Part shown: piece after piece, positions 1 through 12,834 of the stretch | Layout: every line of letters begins with the position of its first letter | How positions within the stretch are numbered: position 1 is the stretch's first letter | Source of the DNA: Trichoplax adhaerens | Taxonomy: Eukaryota; Animalia; Placozoa | Direction of reading: 5' to 3' | DNA length: 64,000 nucleotides | Assembly (NCBI RefSeq): GCF_000150275.1 | Contig: NW_002060947.1 | Location: 976,695 to 1,040,694, forward strand | The notes under the pieces: model-generated | What the model saw: the letters and a program-made list of their open reading frames with translations, nothing else | What the model was told of the DNA's origin: nothing | Database searches by the model: none | Translations under genes and position numbers: made by a program

Positions 1-750
1 CCAAATTCTGCCTAACTTGATCAGAATTGTACGCAAGAGAAGAGGCAGGAAACTACCTAACGAATTAGTAATGCTTATTGCCGATGCTGTTTTGGGTTCT
101 GATGATCAACAGATATGGTAAGAAATTACTATCAAAAAAAATCTCTTCGTTAGGTACTAATATGGCCACTATTGTAGGTATATTGCTGATCAAAAGGCTG
201 TCAGAGCTTTCTGTCTTACGTTGCCCAAAATATCAGATACGGACACGCTTCATGACGTTATTTCTGCACTACAAAGTATTTTGCGAGTTGGTGAGGATGT
301 TAGGAAATTGGAAAATCAGTATGAAAATGCGTATGCTGCTGAATTTAAAGCTAAAGGTTGGTTTTAAAATTTCTGTCACTCTAAATAGTATTTTTAGTGA
401 TAGCACTTAAGCATGTAATCAAAATATCTATGACGTGAGAGATTTTTGGCTGTATCACATTTAATGATTAAAAAGCCTTAGATATGTAGTGGAAGTGGGA
501 TTTTAGTAGTTTTTCAAAGATATGTCTCAATTAAACTAGCTTCTTTTTTATTTTGCGAAAAGACGTTGAGTTTATGCAATCATTGGTTCAACATCAAGAT
601 AAAGCTATTAGCAGGAAAGCACGTAGTATCATGTCTAAACATTTTCGCCAAAAGAGGAAAAGAACAAAACAGCAACCACAACAGCCACAGCAAGAACCAA
701 AACAAGAGCAACAGGAAGGACAACAGGAAGAGCAACAACAAGAAGCTTAA
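1..750 (+). CDS. 3' part of a divergent importin-alpha-like ARM-repeat gene (partial; exons ~<1-116, 175-355, 563-750)
   Basis: Hand-spliced GT-AG exons give ...LVMLIADAVLGSDDQQIW|YIADQKAVRAFCLTL...ALQSILRVGEDV...ENAYAAEFKAK|DVEFMQSLVQHQDKAISRKARSIMSKHF. This parallels importin-alpha ARM9-10 (QIxYLV..LENILKVGE..NPY..IEFLQSHEN..YF), followed by a Q/E-rich tail. Confidence 0.7.
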
Positions 751-2096
751 TATCTAAGAAATAGAACAATAACCATTGATGTCGATTTTAGCAATATTGA
801 ACAGTATTTTACGATAATATATTAGTACATTTCGATGCCGTTAGACCTCACAGCACGGAATTGCCATACATTATAGATGGCTACGGTTTCTCTTGATTAT
901 GACTTTTAAATATTCATTCATCTTTATCAGTTAACACGCTAATCCAGTAGCTTATGTAACATGTCCTTGTTTATGTATAATTGTCAAATTGATGTAGAAT
1001 ATCATCAAACAAAAGTGGTTGTCATAAAAGCCTGGGGTGGACCCTTTTTATAGATTTTATTTCAACTACTATTAATTTCTTTAATGGAAATCATTAGTAA
1101 TTGTACTGTACTACTCGTGTAAAGAATCCCATGTCAGGAAACCGGCTAGACATGTAATGCATAAACGCTAAAATATATTTTATTCAGTTCCGAATGTTTG
1201 TAATAATGTAGTTGATGCTAGATGTGATTTTAAGCCACCACAATTTGTGCATTGGGCAATGTGAGATTAGAATCCAATACAGTACAGTATTACAGTTAAA
1301 TATTAATTAGTTAGAAGGTATACGCCTAATTAAGTAGATTAATTTATTATTTTAATTAAGTTGACTGTAAGGAATCGTAGGGCGACAAACGTAGATCTAC
1401 ATGATGGTTGCAGAATGAAGATGTTGCAATTAACTTGATCACACTATTTTAAAGCAAAGTCATGAGTCTCTTGTTCGTTAAGGTTTATTAATTAACTATT
1501 AAAGCTATAAGAAATCGATCGATGTTGTGTCGAATGTATATTTCCATTTCGCTATTTGGAAGATTGTGATGGCCATTAAAGTGACTGAGTGCACAATCTA
1601 TCTATGGAATACAAGCCTAAATACGTGCATGCCCTACGCAGTAAACCGTAGATCGTATTTTATGCAGAAGCAGCCTACTGTTAGATAGCACATCTTAAAT
1701 ACTGTATTTAACGAAAAATTTGTAGTATTGCTTAAATACGTAATTATTGGCATTAGAAATTTCTGATATACTTTATTGAAAGAACTGGTAGTTTTCGTAA
1801 AATCCTAGCATTACAAGAGTAATAGCAAGCACTGATAGCCGCATGCATATTACAATGCTATGTAATGTTTAGCGTCGTTATACTGTAATTTACTGGTCAA
1901 GAGCGTTGTGATAGTTTTGCCTGCACACAATGTTACGCTGCATTGCTAAAAGCAAGTTATTGTACTATACTATAAATCCCTAGTCACATTTAGCTATTTA
2001 AAGTGTTGCTGTTACAACCAGAACTGGTTAGATTAAAATTTCGTTATTTATATTATGTTTATAATGGTTCGAATCGGTGTTAAGTGCAACTATTAT

Positions 2097-5000
2097 TTAG
2101 TCTTCATCTAATCTTTCACGAAAGTAGTCTTGATAGTACATTTCTAAGAGAAAATGCGCTCTCATAACTATGGATTCGTCTTCATCTTCTAGCAAAGCTT
2201 CCACCTTTTCCAGTTCTAGAATCAGTTATGAAATCGAAATGTGCCGAAAGTGTGCCAGTTTTGTTATAATTGCCTTAATTAAAGGAGATTTTAAGACTCA
2301 CCCGTTTCTCAGTTCCTTGTGAAAATGGATTTTTAAGACTTTCTCATTTGCTGCTAATTTTTTCCAAGCCAGCTAATGCGACCTGTATCATTTCACTGTT
2401 ATCGGTTTCGGATAGTATGGTAAACAAAGATAGCATTGCCCTATGTTTCACCAATACCTATTTGCGTTAAACAGTGTTGCGCGCATTTATGGATTACTTT
2501 ATGACTCGTAATAGCTAATAACACTGATTTAAAATATAATTAATGATTTGAATGTATCTGTTGACATATAGTAATTAGTTAATAATGATTAGCCTATTAG
2601 ATCCGTCAATGTTTTCAATTTATTTCGTTAAAATTCTAAATTACCAACGAAAACTAAATGCAAAACTACACTAAAACCGATATATTACTAACGAATAACA
2701 AGTTTAAATCTAATCAATAACTCCGCGCTAGCTCTCTCTCTCTCTCTAGCTTATACGGTCTTAAATGCTATCTATTTTATGCAGTCATACTCAAGCACAA
2801 ATTACTAATTTCAGTCAATTATACTACATTAGGAACCATATCTAAATCTCGATAATTAATACTAACGCTAATCATAGCATCAGCAATAAATACCATAACA
2901 TGAACATAATTACGTCTTTACCAAATTTGTTCATCACTAGCACGTAAGGCAGCATTAACAATGGCTAACACTACATACTCATTAAATTCTGGATCATTAT
3001 CTTCGTCAGCCATATCTAATATCCATGATATTAGTCCTTCACTTATAGCAATCTATTCGATATACGATTAACATTAACAATCCTACACGGCATTTATACC
3101 TCTGATCAATATTAAGTGATAAATTCGAAAATAGGGCTTACTCCCATTTGATCAAAACTGCCCCCTAATATCTTAGCAATTGTACTGCAAAATTCTCGAT
3201 AATTATTATGGCTGTTTTCTGAATCTGTAATTTCTAAAGTCGATGCAATTCCGAGTAAGAGGGAGCATTTAAGCATAGTCTAAATAAATAATAATATGGT
3301 TCGGAGCTTAATATTTAACTTCATAACCAAGGTTATAGATTGAATATCCAGTATGCCATGGCAATTATCATCAAGAATTACCTTTCTTTCAGCATTATTT
3401 TCGGTAACAATATTGCCGATAGTCCTCAATATTGGCATTAAGTAGATTTCTTCGTATTTCTAATAGTTCGAAGGTGTATAAATTACCTTGAGCATAATAT
3501 TCATAATCTGCAGATGATAATTATAGTGATAAAAGTTGGATAAATTAATTGCCTTAGTAAATTCATAAATCGATCGCACATTTCCATAGTGACTATATAA
3601 TCAACTTTTGGTTACGAAGGATCTGTCAACACTGCTAAACACCAACATACTTCATACAGCACTTTCTCCTTGTCCAAATGGAGGAGATTTAATAAATTTG
3701 GCATCGCACTAGAGACCTACCAACAAAATACGCAGTATTTCGACGTACATAACTTATGTGATCTCAATTACGCACAGTGGTAAAGGCTATTAAGCTATAT
3801 AGGGCTAGATGAGTAGATAGGTAAACATATCGGTAAGCAAATTTATTGGCATATAAAAGTGCCTCTTACTGGAATACTAACAATAGTTATATTCGACGGC
3901 GGGCGCGTATATAACTGAAGATTCTGAAAAGTCCATAATGCGCAATCTTGTAGTTTTGAATCTTTAGCTACCTCAATTAACCTATTGATGTGCAAAATGA
4001 ACTAAAAGAGCGATTAGATGTTAATAAATTTTCAAGAAGGAAATTTTGCTTCTATATTGTTATAAATTTTCATCGGCTTAGGATTTATAATTATAATTAG
4101 ATATCTTTCTATTGGCAAATCGCGAAATTACCAAATTTGATAGGTAACACATACTCGTACGTACAGTAAATTCTTATTTGCTGTTTACTCTTGAGAGCTT
4201 ACGTAGTAACGACGGTAATAAATTTTGCTTTAATGCTTCATTACGATAACTATCACTTTCAATAACGATATTCCCCAACGTCAATACGCACTGCATATGA
4301 GCAGAATTGAAAGGGCAGCAAGCTGCTATAGATATTCCACTTTCGATATATTAAAATAACTAGTCAGGTTATAGAAATATAATAGAGTTCATGTATAATA
4401 ATAGCTACGGCCGTAGTTTTTAATAAAATAACCTGTACAACGAACTTTAGAGGTATTCATCAAAATACTTTAAACGGTAACACATTACAGCAAAGTCAGA
4501 CCCAGTTTTATATTAATTAAACCGGTTATTTTGCCATAGCAGGTTAAAGAAAGCTCACATGACGATGATATTAGTAAAAGAGCTTACTTACATTTGTCTT
4601 CATGTTAATATTATCGTTTTTGATGCATTTTATGAGCGGCACTAATGCACCAGTCACTACAATCGCTTTTATTTCAGATGCTTTCCCAGAAGTTATGACA
4701 GATAGTATAGCAGTAGTACGTTCGACTATACGATCACTTTGATCTTCTAATAGCCGTACTAATTTTGAAAGGATATCTGATTGTATAAAGAATTTTGTTC
4801 TCCAGCGTTCTATGCAAGTATGAATAACAGATATTAGTTGTAATAAAGAGAATTTGAGCGGAATCATCGCTTTTATTCCACCAAAGTATTACTTCATGCG
4901 TAGATTAGTGTATGAGCTACAAATAAGCCCAAGAGTTAGTATTAACTGCAAGGCATAAATTAATTACACTAACATTTATCAATTTCGCTAAATAAGTTAC

Positions 5001-5665
5001 TGTTGAGTTATAATAAATAATCCATCAAGATATTTATCAGCATGGGCGCATACCTTTGATACTTAAGAAACGAATATTCCGTGCAGCATTGCATACGATT
5101 TTTGAATCATCTGATTTAATTTCAGAGATTAGATTCTATGTGAAATTAAGCCGTAACATTTCAAAATTTAAAGCCTTTGTCAAAGATTTTTATAAACTAA
5201 CACCGACTGTGGTAGCGATTATAAAATGAGGAAATCTGAATTTAGGAATTATTTCGTCCCATAATAAAGCAACTGAGATAAAAATTATCGTTATTGACAT
5301 TATTATTCTGTAAAATAATTTTAAGTATTTGCTTGCAGTTCGTTATCGCAAAATTAATCGAGCCTATAGCTACACTGTAGGTGCATGAAATTGAGAAATA
5401 TGGTGTTGATCTAAAAGTTAACTTTTTTTACCTTGATATGAAAACGAAGCTTATTTCGCCTTGGATTTTTAACCTTTTGATGTTTACGTTTCATCACTTG
5501 ATGGACTTCCAACTGTATGATTTTCGTTGAAATAATAGATGAATTAGTAATAAATCTACAGCTTGACTTACAGCTACATATTTTGCATTATAGATGTATA
5601 TCTCCAGTTTTCCTCACCTGCAAATCAGTAGTTACTACCTTACTAATTACTGTAATTTTAGGCAT
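2097..5665 (-). pseudogene. Divergent importin-alpha-like gene with multiple disruptions (probable pseudogene)
   Basis: About 12 exons in importin-alpha order: a basic exon (KRKHQKVKNPRRNK), ARM2-3 (ORF 4571-4867), CVLTLGNIV, LWTFQNL, EVCWCLAVLTD, PILRTIGNIVT, and a final exon ending LLEMYYQDYF..*. In-frame TAA at 3612-3614, TGA at 2344-2346, and an apparent 1-nt frameshift at the exon starting ~2457. The start codon is tentative. Confidence 0.7.
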
Positions 5666-8621
5666 AACTTGCGAATAATTCAGTACTTTCCTTTCATGCT
5701 AATAATTACGTTATGAATAGCCATAATTATTCTATCTAAGCTAGGTGTTGTAGATATTCATGTCATAATAGTTAAATACTTACGATGAGTTACGAAACCG
5801 GGTCTTTAGCCATTAAAGGAATTGTTTGAAGATGAATATTAGGCAATGTAGCACAAACATTATAACATTTACGCTCAACTGCTCCGTTTCAATTATTAGT
5901 ACTGTGGTATAGGCGGTAATTGCATAACAGGTAGTGCAGTGCTTATAACCTACAATATTGGTAATCAACTAATCGTATATATGAAATGGAATACCAAAAG
6001 TAAATTACACACAATTTCTTCTAATAAGGGTTTGACTATTGTTTGTACGGAAAAGGTAAAGAAGTCCGTTAGAAATGGGGATCTGATTATACAATTTCAG
6101 ATATGACGCTGTGTGCTATATATTTAGATCAATAACGTAAGCTCTAGGAGTTAGGCTGTGATATACAGTTGAAATAGCTGCAGTGATTCCATGAGTTATA
6201 GAGCAAGGCATAACAGGGTGAAAGTTCGTATAATTAAAGTTGATAATTATATAAGAATTATGGACGATGCAAATAATTATTTTGTAATTAATCCCTTGAA
6301 AATGAGACTATTATAAAATGATTGCTCGATTTTCTTAAGATATTAACTAGTATAGCTCGCTTATATCAGTTCTTTTATTGAAAATGATTTAACGTGAGAA
6401 AATATATTGTAATATTATAATTCTTCACTCGCTAGAATACAAAGTGCTGGAAAATAGTTATTTATACAAAATCCCACGAACTATCGCGAAAAAGTAATAG
6501 CCCAGCTACTATTTGGTATTCTCAGTTTTTCAAAGGCATCTTAAGATTATTGCATATATGATGATTTATGAGTGCCACACACCACTAATGACAAGTAAGT
6601 CTACACACGCCAACGCTAATAAAAGATGCCTCTTACTAAGTTTAGGAGACAAGATTCCCTGCATCACCAAATCTAACAGTTCCAACGACCAAATATTACC
6701 ATAATTATAACGTCACGGATAAGCTAGACCAAAGCTGTGCAGACTTTATCTTGTGCATTATTTGTTACTCGCAAATGTATTACTGCCATAAGAATACTGT
6801 TAGTTTTTCAGATTTCTGCTCGATACCTAGTTTAACCTGAATATGTATAAAATAAGAAGCAAATAAAAATCATATTGATTAGTCCATAAATCTATGGTAA
6901 ATAAATACTAGAATATTCAATTTCGTTCCGAAAAGCTGCATAACAAAAGTAACTGTCAGACTTTACTAAATACAATTGCTGTCCTGACTTGAGTAATTAT
7001 CTAGGAATAATTAATTACAATTACAGTGACTTTATGAAATTTAAAGTATAGCTGCAAGCAGCCTTATGCAGCAAGAAATACAGTATATGAATGTGTGCAG
7101 TACATCGTTTTAATCCTGTATTTTATTATTACCTCCATTTATTTTCTCATATTGCCAAACAACCTTTATGCACTGTAAGAAATGTAGCATCCTTGATAAC
7201 TAAATAATAACTTTATATTCTTAAATATAGCTAATTTTTTAATTCTTAAAAGATAGATGCCTTTACAATCATATTGCACTACATTCAAATATAGCTTGTC
7301 TTGTTTCGTTATTTCAGGGACTACTAAAAAGTTTTTCTGATTATTTATGGCATTTGCGGCCTTTGCTATTTCCTACCATCATTTGCCATTACATGGTCTT
7401 ACACTGTATTACATAGGTTATATCTAACTCTACAATCATGTTCTCTGAATGTGTTCTTTCTCTAAAGCAACAAATACTGACGATTTCTGCCTCAGAATTA
7501 GTTAACTGTAATAGTCACAGTGCTAACTATTCTAACGTTACTTCATGTCAGTTTATATGCTGCTCTAGTGTAACTACTCCACGCTTGTAGTCTACGATTA
7601 AGAAACTATTTTCTTGCTAAACATATTTATGTAAATCTCTGATTGGCTGCTAAATTTACTTCCACTAAATCATTGAACTCTCTATTACAGATATAATAGG
7701 AATACTATAAACAGGAATTCATAGCCATAGAGCTGCCAACATGTAGGAATACTTGTAAATCATGGAATCATCTTTTTAATAGGGGAAGTTTTAACACAAT
7801 TAAATTCCAGCAAATTCTGAAAAACACGGCAAATAGCGACATCGTTTACCCATACTGTTTGGATTGTTTAATCCAAACGTTCAGTTTCTATTGGTATCAA
7901 GTAGAGGATATTATTGTATTCACTGTGCCTTTGATGGTAAATACAGGATATTAGTTAGAAGCAACGTTATGTGATGTCGGATGATTTATTGTATTGACAT
8001 TACAGTATTTACATATAAATATAGGTATCAGCGGAGCATGTAAATGGAAATCTACTATACGCAACTTGCACTAAGCATGGATACTTGCTACTTAGAAGCA
8101 GTCATCATTTGCAAAGAATACAGTTGCATAGCATTATGGTAATTTTCTGTTGGATGGATGGAAGCAAGCTAAGGGGCAGTGAGTGCCATTGTATCTACTG
8201 AGTACATGACGATATAAGTAAAAGTATGGCAGAAAAAGCACACTAAATACAAATAAGTAAATCATACACTAAGAACAACGGCTCGACAACATAAAGTTTG
8301 TCTTGTGCATTAAGTAAATTCTGTGACAGCTTCTAACTTCAGCTTGAAAGAAGTAATCATGTACCTCCACAAATAAATTAGCAGTACCGTATCGTAGTTA
8401 TCTCGGCTAATAGGTTAAGTCATGGACTACTCAATGTTCTCCGGGGAATGTTTATAGACATTTATAGCCCATATTTAAGTCAATTAATTGTAGAGTATTA
8501 ATTTCTAATAGCACACCCGCACGTCATTACGTACCTGGTACGGGTATGCTCGTAGAAGGTTCTCTGTCTACAATTCTACTTGAGTAGTTTTAATTAGAGA
8601 ATTCTTACTATACGACTTATA

Positions 8622-8976
8622 TAACATATTGAGTTCGTTATTGACTATTATTTACTCTCTGAAATATAGTATTCTTTGCCAGACATGCGTACACCTAAGT
8701 AAAGTTTAAAGTTTAATGCATGACCTTTTTCCTAGCTGCCTTTGTTGATCAATAATACTTAGATATATTATAATTAGATGCACGTTAGAGGGAGAGTTAG
8801 AGTTACCGAGAGCATATACAATTATATGCACATATTGAGCTAGTTTAACTTGGTTATTGACTGTTACTTACTCTCTGAAATACAGTATTATTTCTTAGAC
8901 GTGCATACAGCTAAGTATTAGGTTAAAGTGAGGCCTTTTTCTTAGCTGTATTTATTGGTCAATCATAATACGGATA
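8622..8976. repeat. Diverged ~210-bp tandem duplication just upstream of the first CYP
   Basis: gttattgactattatttactctctgaaatatagtatt (~8637) versus gttattgactgttacttactctctgaaatacagtatt (~8853), with collinear downstream similarity. Confidence 0.75.
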
Positions 8977-9118
8977 GTTATTACAGTACACTCTATTTGA
9001 ATCCTGCGACATTTATTTACATCGGTGCAAAAGGCAGTAGCATATTCTAGCCCTTCCTGAAGTATTTCATGTCAGTGTTTTAATTGGAAATTAAGTGGAG
9101 AGGCAGATTATTGTCAAT

Positions 9119-10597
9119 ATGATTGGATTGCAGCTATCAACATCGCAAATCTTATTAATATCAGGTACAATTTTTGCCTGGTTTTTTTATAAGGCTTATA
9201 TTAAACCTAAACGTTGCTTGAAAAATTTGGGCATAAGAGGTCCCCCTCCTAAACCCATATTGGGTAACTTGTTGGATTGTAAACCGGCTTTGCAACATAT
9301 AGCTCAAATAGAAAGGCAAGAAAAATACGGTTATGTATATGGCACTTTATTTTTTTCCATACCAACCATATGGATTGGCGATGTAGATATATTAAAATCA
9401 GTTTTAATCAAAGATTTCCCCAATTTTACCAACCATTTCGGTATCGCTAGTAACTTAGAACCGTTTAATAAGGCGTTATTAGAATTGAAAGATAGCGATT
9501 GGAAGCGAGTAAGAACTATTTTAGTACCAACATTCAGCGTATCACAGATAAAGGAAAATTTTTCCTTTGTTGACAAGGCTGGTGAAGGAATTGTTGCATT
9601 GCTCTTAAAGGCAGAGAAAGAAGGTGATTCGATTGATTTACGAAAGGTTTGTGGCAATTTTTCAATGGAAATTCTTCTTGCTACTGCCGCTGGAATGGAA
9701 TTTGAGTCGAAAGAACAAGAAAAGAAATTAACTGCAGCTGCTAGTCAGGTATCTAGTGGTGCAGCCGGTCTAATGCAGTTATTATTACTATTTGCAACAC
9801 CACTATTTCGTATCTTAGAGCCACTATCTGGTGGGCAATTTATGAACTCGTTACATTATTTAACCGATACTTGCAGAAAAGTAATCAAAGAAAGGAGGGA
9901 AAAAATGGCTGCAGGCATTGCATGTCGTAGAGATCTAATGCAACAGATGATCGAAGCTGGTGATAGCGATAAATTAGACGACAATGAAGTTGTCGCTCAG
10001 GCTGTGATCTTTCTTGTAGGAGGTTACGAAACTACAGCAAATACTTTAGCATTCGCTACCTACTTATTGGCAACAAACCCTGAAGTACAGAATCGATTAT
10101 ATAATGAAATAAAAACAAAACTTAGCGATGCTGATCCATTAGATTATGATCGTGTAGCAGACTTACCCTATTTAGAAATGGTAATATTGGAAACATTAAG
10201 AATATATCCACCCGCTTTTAGACTTACTCGGGCATGCAAAAATAATACTACAATTGATGGTCATCAGATCTCAAAAGAGGCTATGATTGCTGTTCCTGTC
10301 TATGCTATTCATCATGACCCTAAATTATGGCCTAATCCAGAACAGTTTATTCCTGAACGCTTTGCGCCGGAAGAGAAATCCAAGCGTGCAGCTTGTGCAT
10401 ACCTTCCATTTGGTATGGGACCACGAAATTGCCTCGGAATGAAATTTGCTTTGCTGAAGATTAAATTAGCTCTTGTGAAAGTGTTACAAAGTGTCGAATT
10501 AACTGTTACTGAGAAAACAGATGTTCCTTTACCAATAAAGTGTGGTATAACTATGGCTCCAGCTAATGGAGTACACCTAGGCTGTAAAAGAAGATAG
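9119..10597 (+). CDS. Cytochrome P450, clan 3 (CYP3-like), intronless (CYP-A)
   Basis: N-terminal TM anchor, proline-rich GPPPKP, WKRVR, I-helix GGYETT, ETLR, PERF and heme motif FGMGPRNCLG. First ATG at 9119. Confidence 0.95.
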   Translation: MIGLQLSTSQILLISGTIFAWFFYKAYIKPKRCLKNLGIRGPPPKPILGNLLDCKPALQHIAQIERQEKYGYVYGTLFFSIPTIWIGDVDILKSVLIKDFPNFTNHFGIASNLEPFNKALLELKDSDWKRVRTILVPTFSVSQIKENFSFVDKAGEGIVALLLKAEKEGDSIDLRKVCGNFSMEILLATAAGMEFESKEQEKKLTAAASQVSSGAAGLMQLLLLFATPLFRILEPLSGGQFMNSLHYLTDTCRKVIKERREKMAAGIACRRDLMQQMIEAGDSDKLDDNEVVAQAVIFLVGGYETTANTLAFATYLLATNPEVQNRLYNEIKTKLSDADPLDYDRVADLPYLEMVILETLRIYPPAFRLTRACKNNTTIDGHQISKEAMIAVPVYAIHHDPKLWPNPEQFIPERFAPEEKSKRAACAYLPFGMGPRNCLGMKFALLKIKLALVKVLQSVELTVTEKTDVPLPIKCGITMAPANGVHLGCKRR

Positions 10598-12834
10598 AGT
10601 AAAATAAAATTTAGCTATATCTGATAATGAATATGTAGTTGTCGCGAAGTGGCATTTGCTAAGTAATGCTTATCTTATTTTCGTTAGATAATATACTTTG
10701 GTATTTGTTGAGAATACCGTTATCTATGATATTATACATTCTTTCATAGATCAATGCGTACCATATAGCTTTACAATATTATCTAAGTACTAATTAAATT
10801 GATAATTACGATTAACGCTTATGTAGACTAAATACGCATTGGCTGAGATTGTAATAAACTTTGAGCTTAGTTGTGCCTGTATGCCTAAGAGAGACTTGCG
10901 GTGTTACTGTAAATACTGACGATCTTCTATCGTCAGCATTTAGAGTCTCACTTACTGTAGATGTCGGTGAAGACAAACCTGATATTTAGACTTGCAGTAT
11001 TTAGTTTCTAGTTTTAATGTATGTTTTCCCGGTTACATCTTTGTGATTTATAACTGTAGCGTTGGGTCATATTGGTTTACGAATGTTAAACTCAGCTAAG
11101 TTGGCAATAATAACCTCTTTATCCTTAAATTACATGATTATTGTTTACTACCGGTAGTTTAGAGACCAGCTATTAAATAAGTTGTAGATATTAGAAAAGA
11201 TAAATACGATATTAGGTACAAGTTTATCTATAGTAAGGTGAATTGATTGACAAAATCTATTATAATTATAATTCTAGTAGTATAAACCGGCTTTTCATAA
11301 ATCCAAGACATATGCTAGCTATAGGTTTTTCTTATAAACTTATAAAAAATTACTCTAAATCTCTGAAAAATGGATTTATCTTGGTTTTCAAATCCATTTT
11401 GACTATTATTATTTTGCTAATTTTACTTGCGTTTTAAAGTTCCAAAATTACTATCGCTGGCTCAATTTAATATAAGCCATCAATCATCGTCGCTGCATGC
11501 AAATAGGTGATTATGAAACCATATTCCTTATGCATACCGTAAAAGTGCATTATAGCATACACTGGATGGTTTGCTCGACCGCCAATGATTAAATTAGCTT
11601 CGTACAAGAATTAGCGAATGGCTACAGTCTAATCTGTATTTACAGCTGCATGTTAATGTTTCATAATCCCATTAAGTTCTAGTCGAAGTAGTGATGGACA
11701 TCAGAAGCCAAGTACTGTATCAATGGAAAGATGCGCGTAAAATAATTTATATAACAATTTTGCTTTTCGTTGTGCATATTCAATTTATTATTCATCATTG
11801 AGGGTCGAGTAGACTTTACGGCACATTCTATACTATTATGAACTGTGTAGAAAATATTATTCAACTTTAGTCTACTTGTTTGCCTTTAGTTCAATTGATA
11901 ATCTATAATTAATTAACATGCATATGTAATGAATTGAGTGAGTAAACCGGAAATTACGAGTAATTTCCAATATAACCTTAGCGAGCTACATCTAACATTT
12001 CAAAATCACTTATCACTTCTTCCAGGGCTCGCTCCATTAATGGTAAGCCATCAACTACTACTGCTATCACTGCGTGCAAATGGATCGAAATTGAACGACA
12101 TTCACTACTGTATGTATGTTATACCAGTGCATTATGTACAATAAAGTTTCTCAGTAGTCGTTAACGAATAAATTAAACTCGCAAAATTATAATGCAAGGC
12201 TAAATAATATACAATGTCTCTTTAATTGGCATTGTTTATTTTTGTTATTGAAATTTTCTTGTAATAGTAATTGAATTTTTACTAATTCTGTTACGTCGAC
12301 AACTGTGTGATGTTATATAGTAAATTACTGTAGAACCCACGCAAGTGCTTTACATAATGTTATTGAGTTTATAGACATTAACGTATTCACGACGTTATTT
12401 AGCGGCATGTTTGGTTAAGCACTACTAGCAAGTAGAAAATGACTCTAGTGACTCGAAAAAGTTGTGTACTTCTATAGTTAATAGTTATGATAGCTTGTAG
12501 AACTACGACACTTATTATTTATATAGTCCGTTAAAAAAAAACGTTGAATTTTGTTGACGTGGTTCATCAACAAAATTGATTTGGCTTTTTTTACTATCTC
12601 TTGGCTTACGAAACATTCCATCATTGATAAACTGTTATCGTTATTGTCTTGAAGGTTGATTTTAGAAATACAGACAAGAGTTAAGGTGTGTGAATATCAC
12701 ATCGAGAACCCAGAGATAATTAAATTTTCCATTTGATTTATATCTATATCCATTATAGCTATAAAATTAATTATCCGTTTGATTTAATCGGATATATCAA
12801 ATTGAAACGATTTTGTACACGAGATTATAACAAC

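Noticed and set aside
2344-2346. In-frame TGA as selenocysteine or readthrough
   Set aside because: The same gene has a TAA stop and a frameshift and no SECIS was seen; pseudogenisation is the simpler explanation.
4519-4526. Perfect Grainyhead site AACCGGTT
   Set aside because: A single 8-mer in a pseudogene intron, compatible with chance in 64 kb.
7780-8200. Possible decayed exons between the importin pseudogene and CYP-A
   Set aside because: Short open stretches exist, but I recognised no protein family or consistent splice chain.
9331-9657. Antisense ORFs over the CYPs (also 14112-14321 and 35299-35508)
   Set aside because: Shadow frames of P450 coding sequence; their recurrence follows from the CYP duplication.
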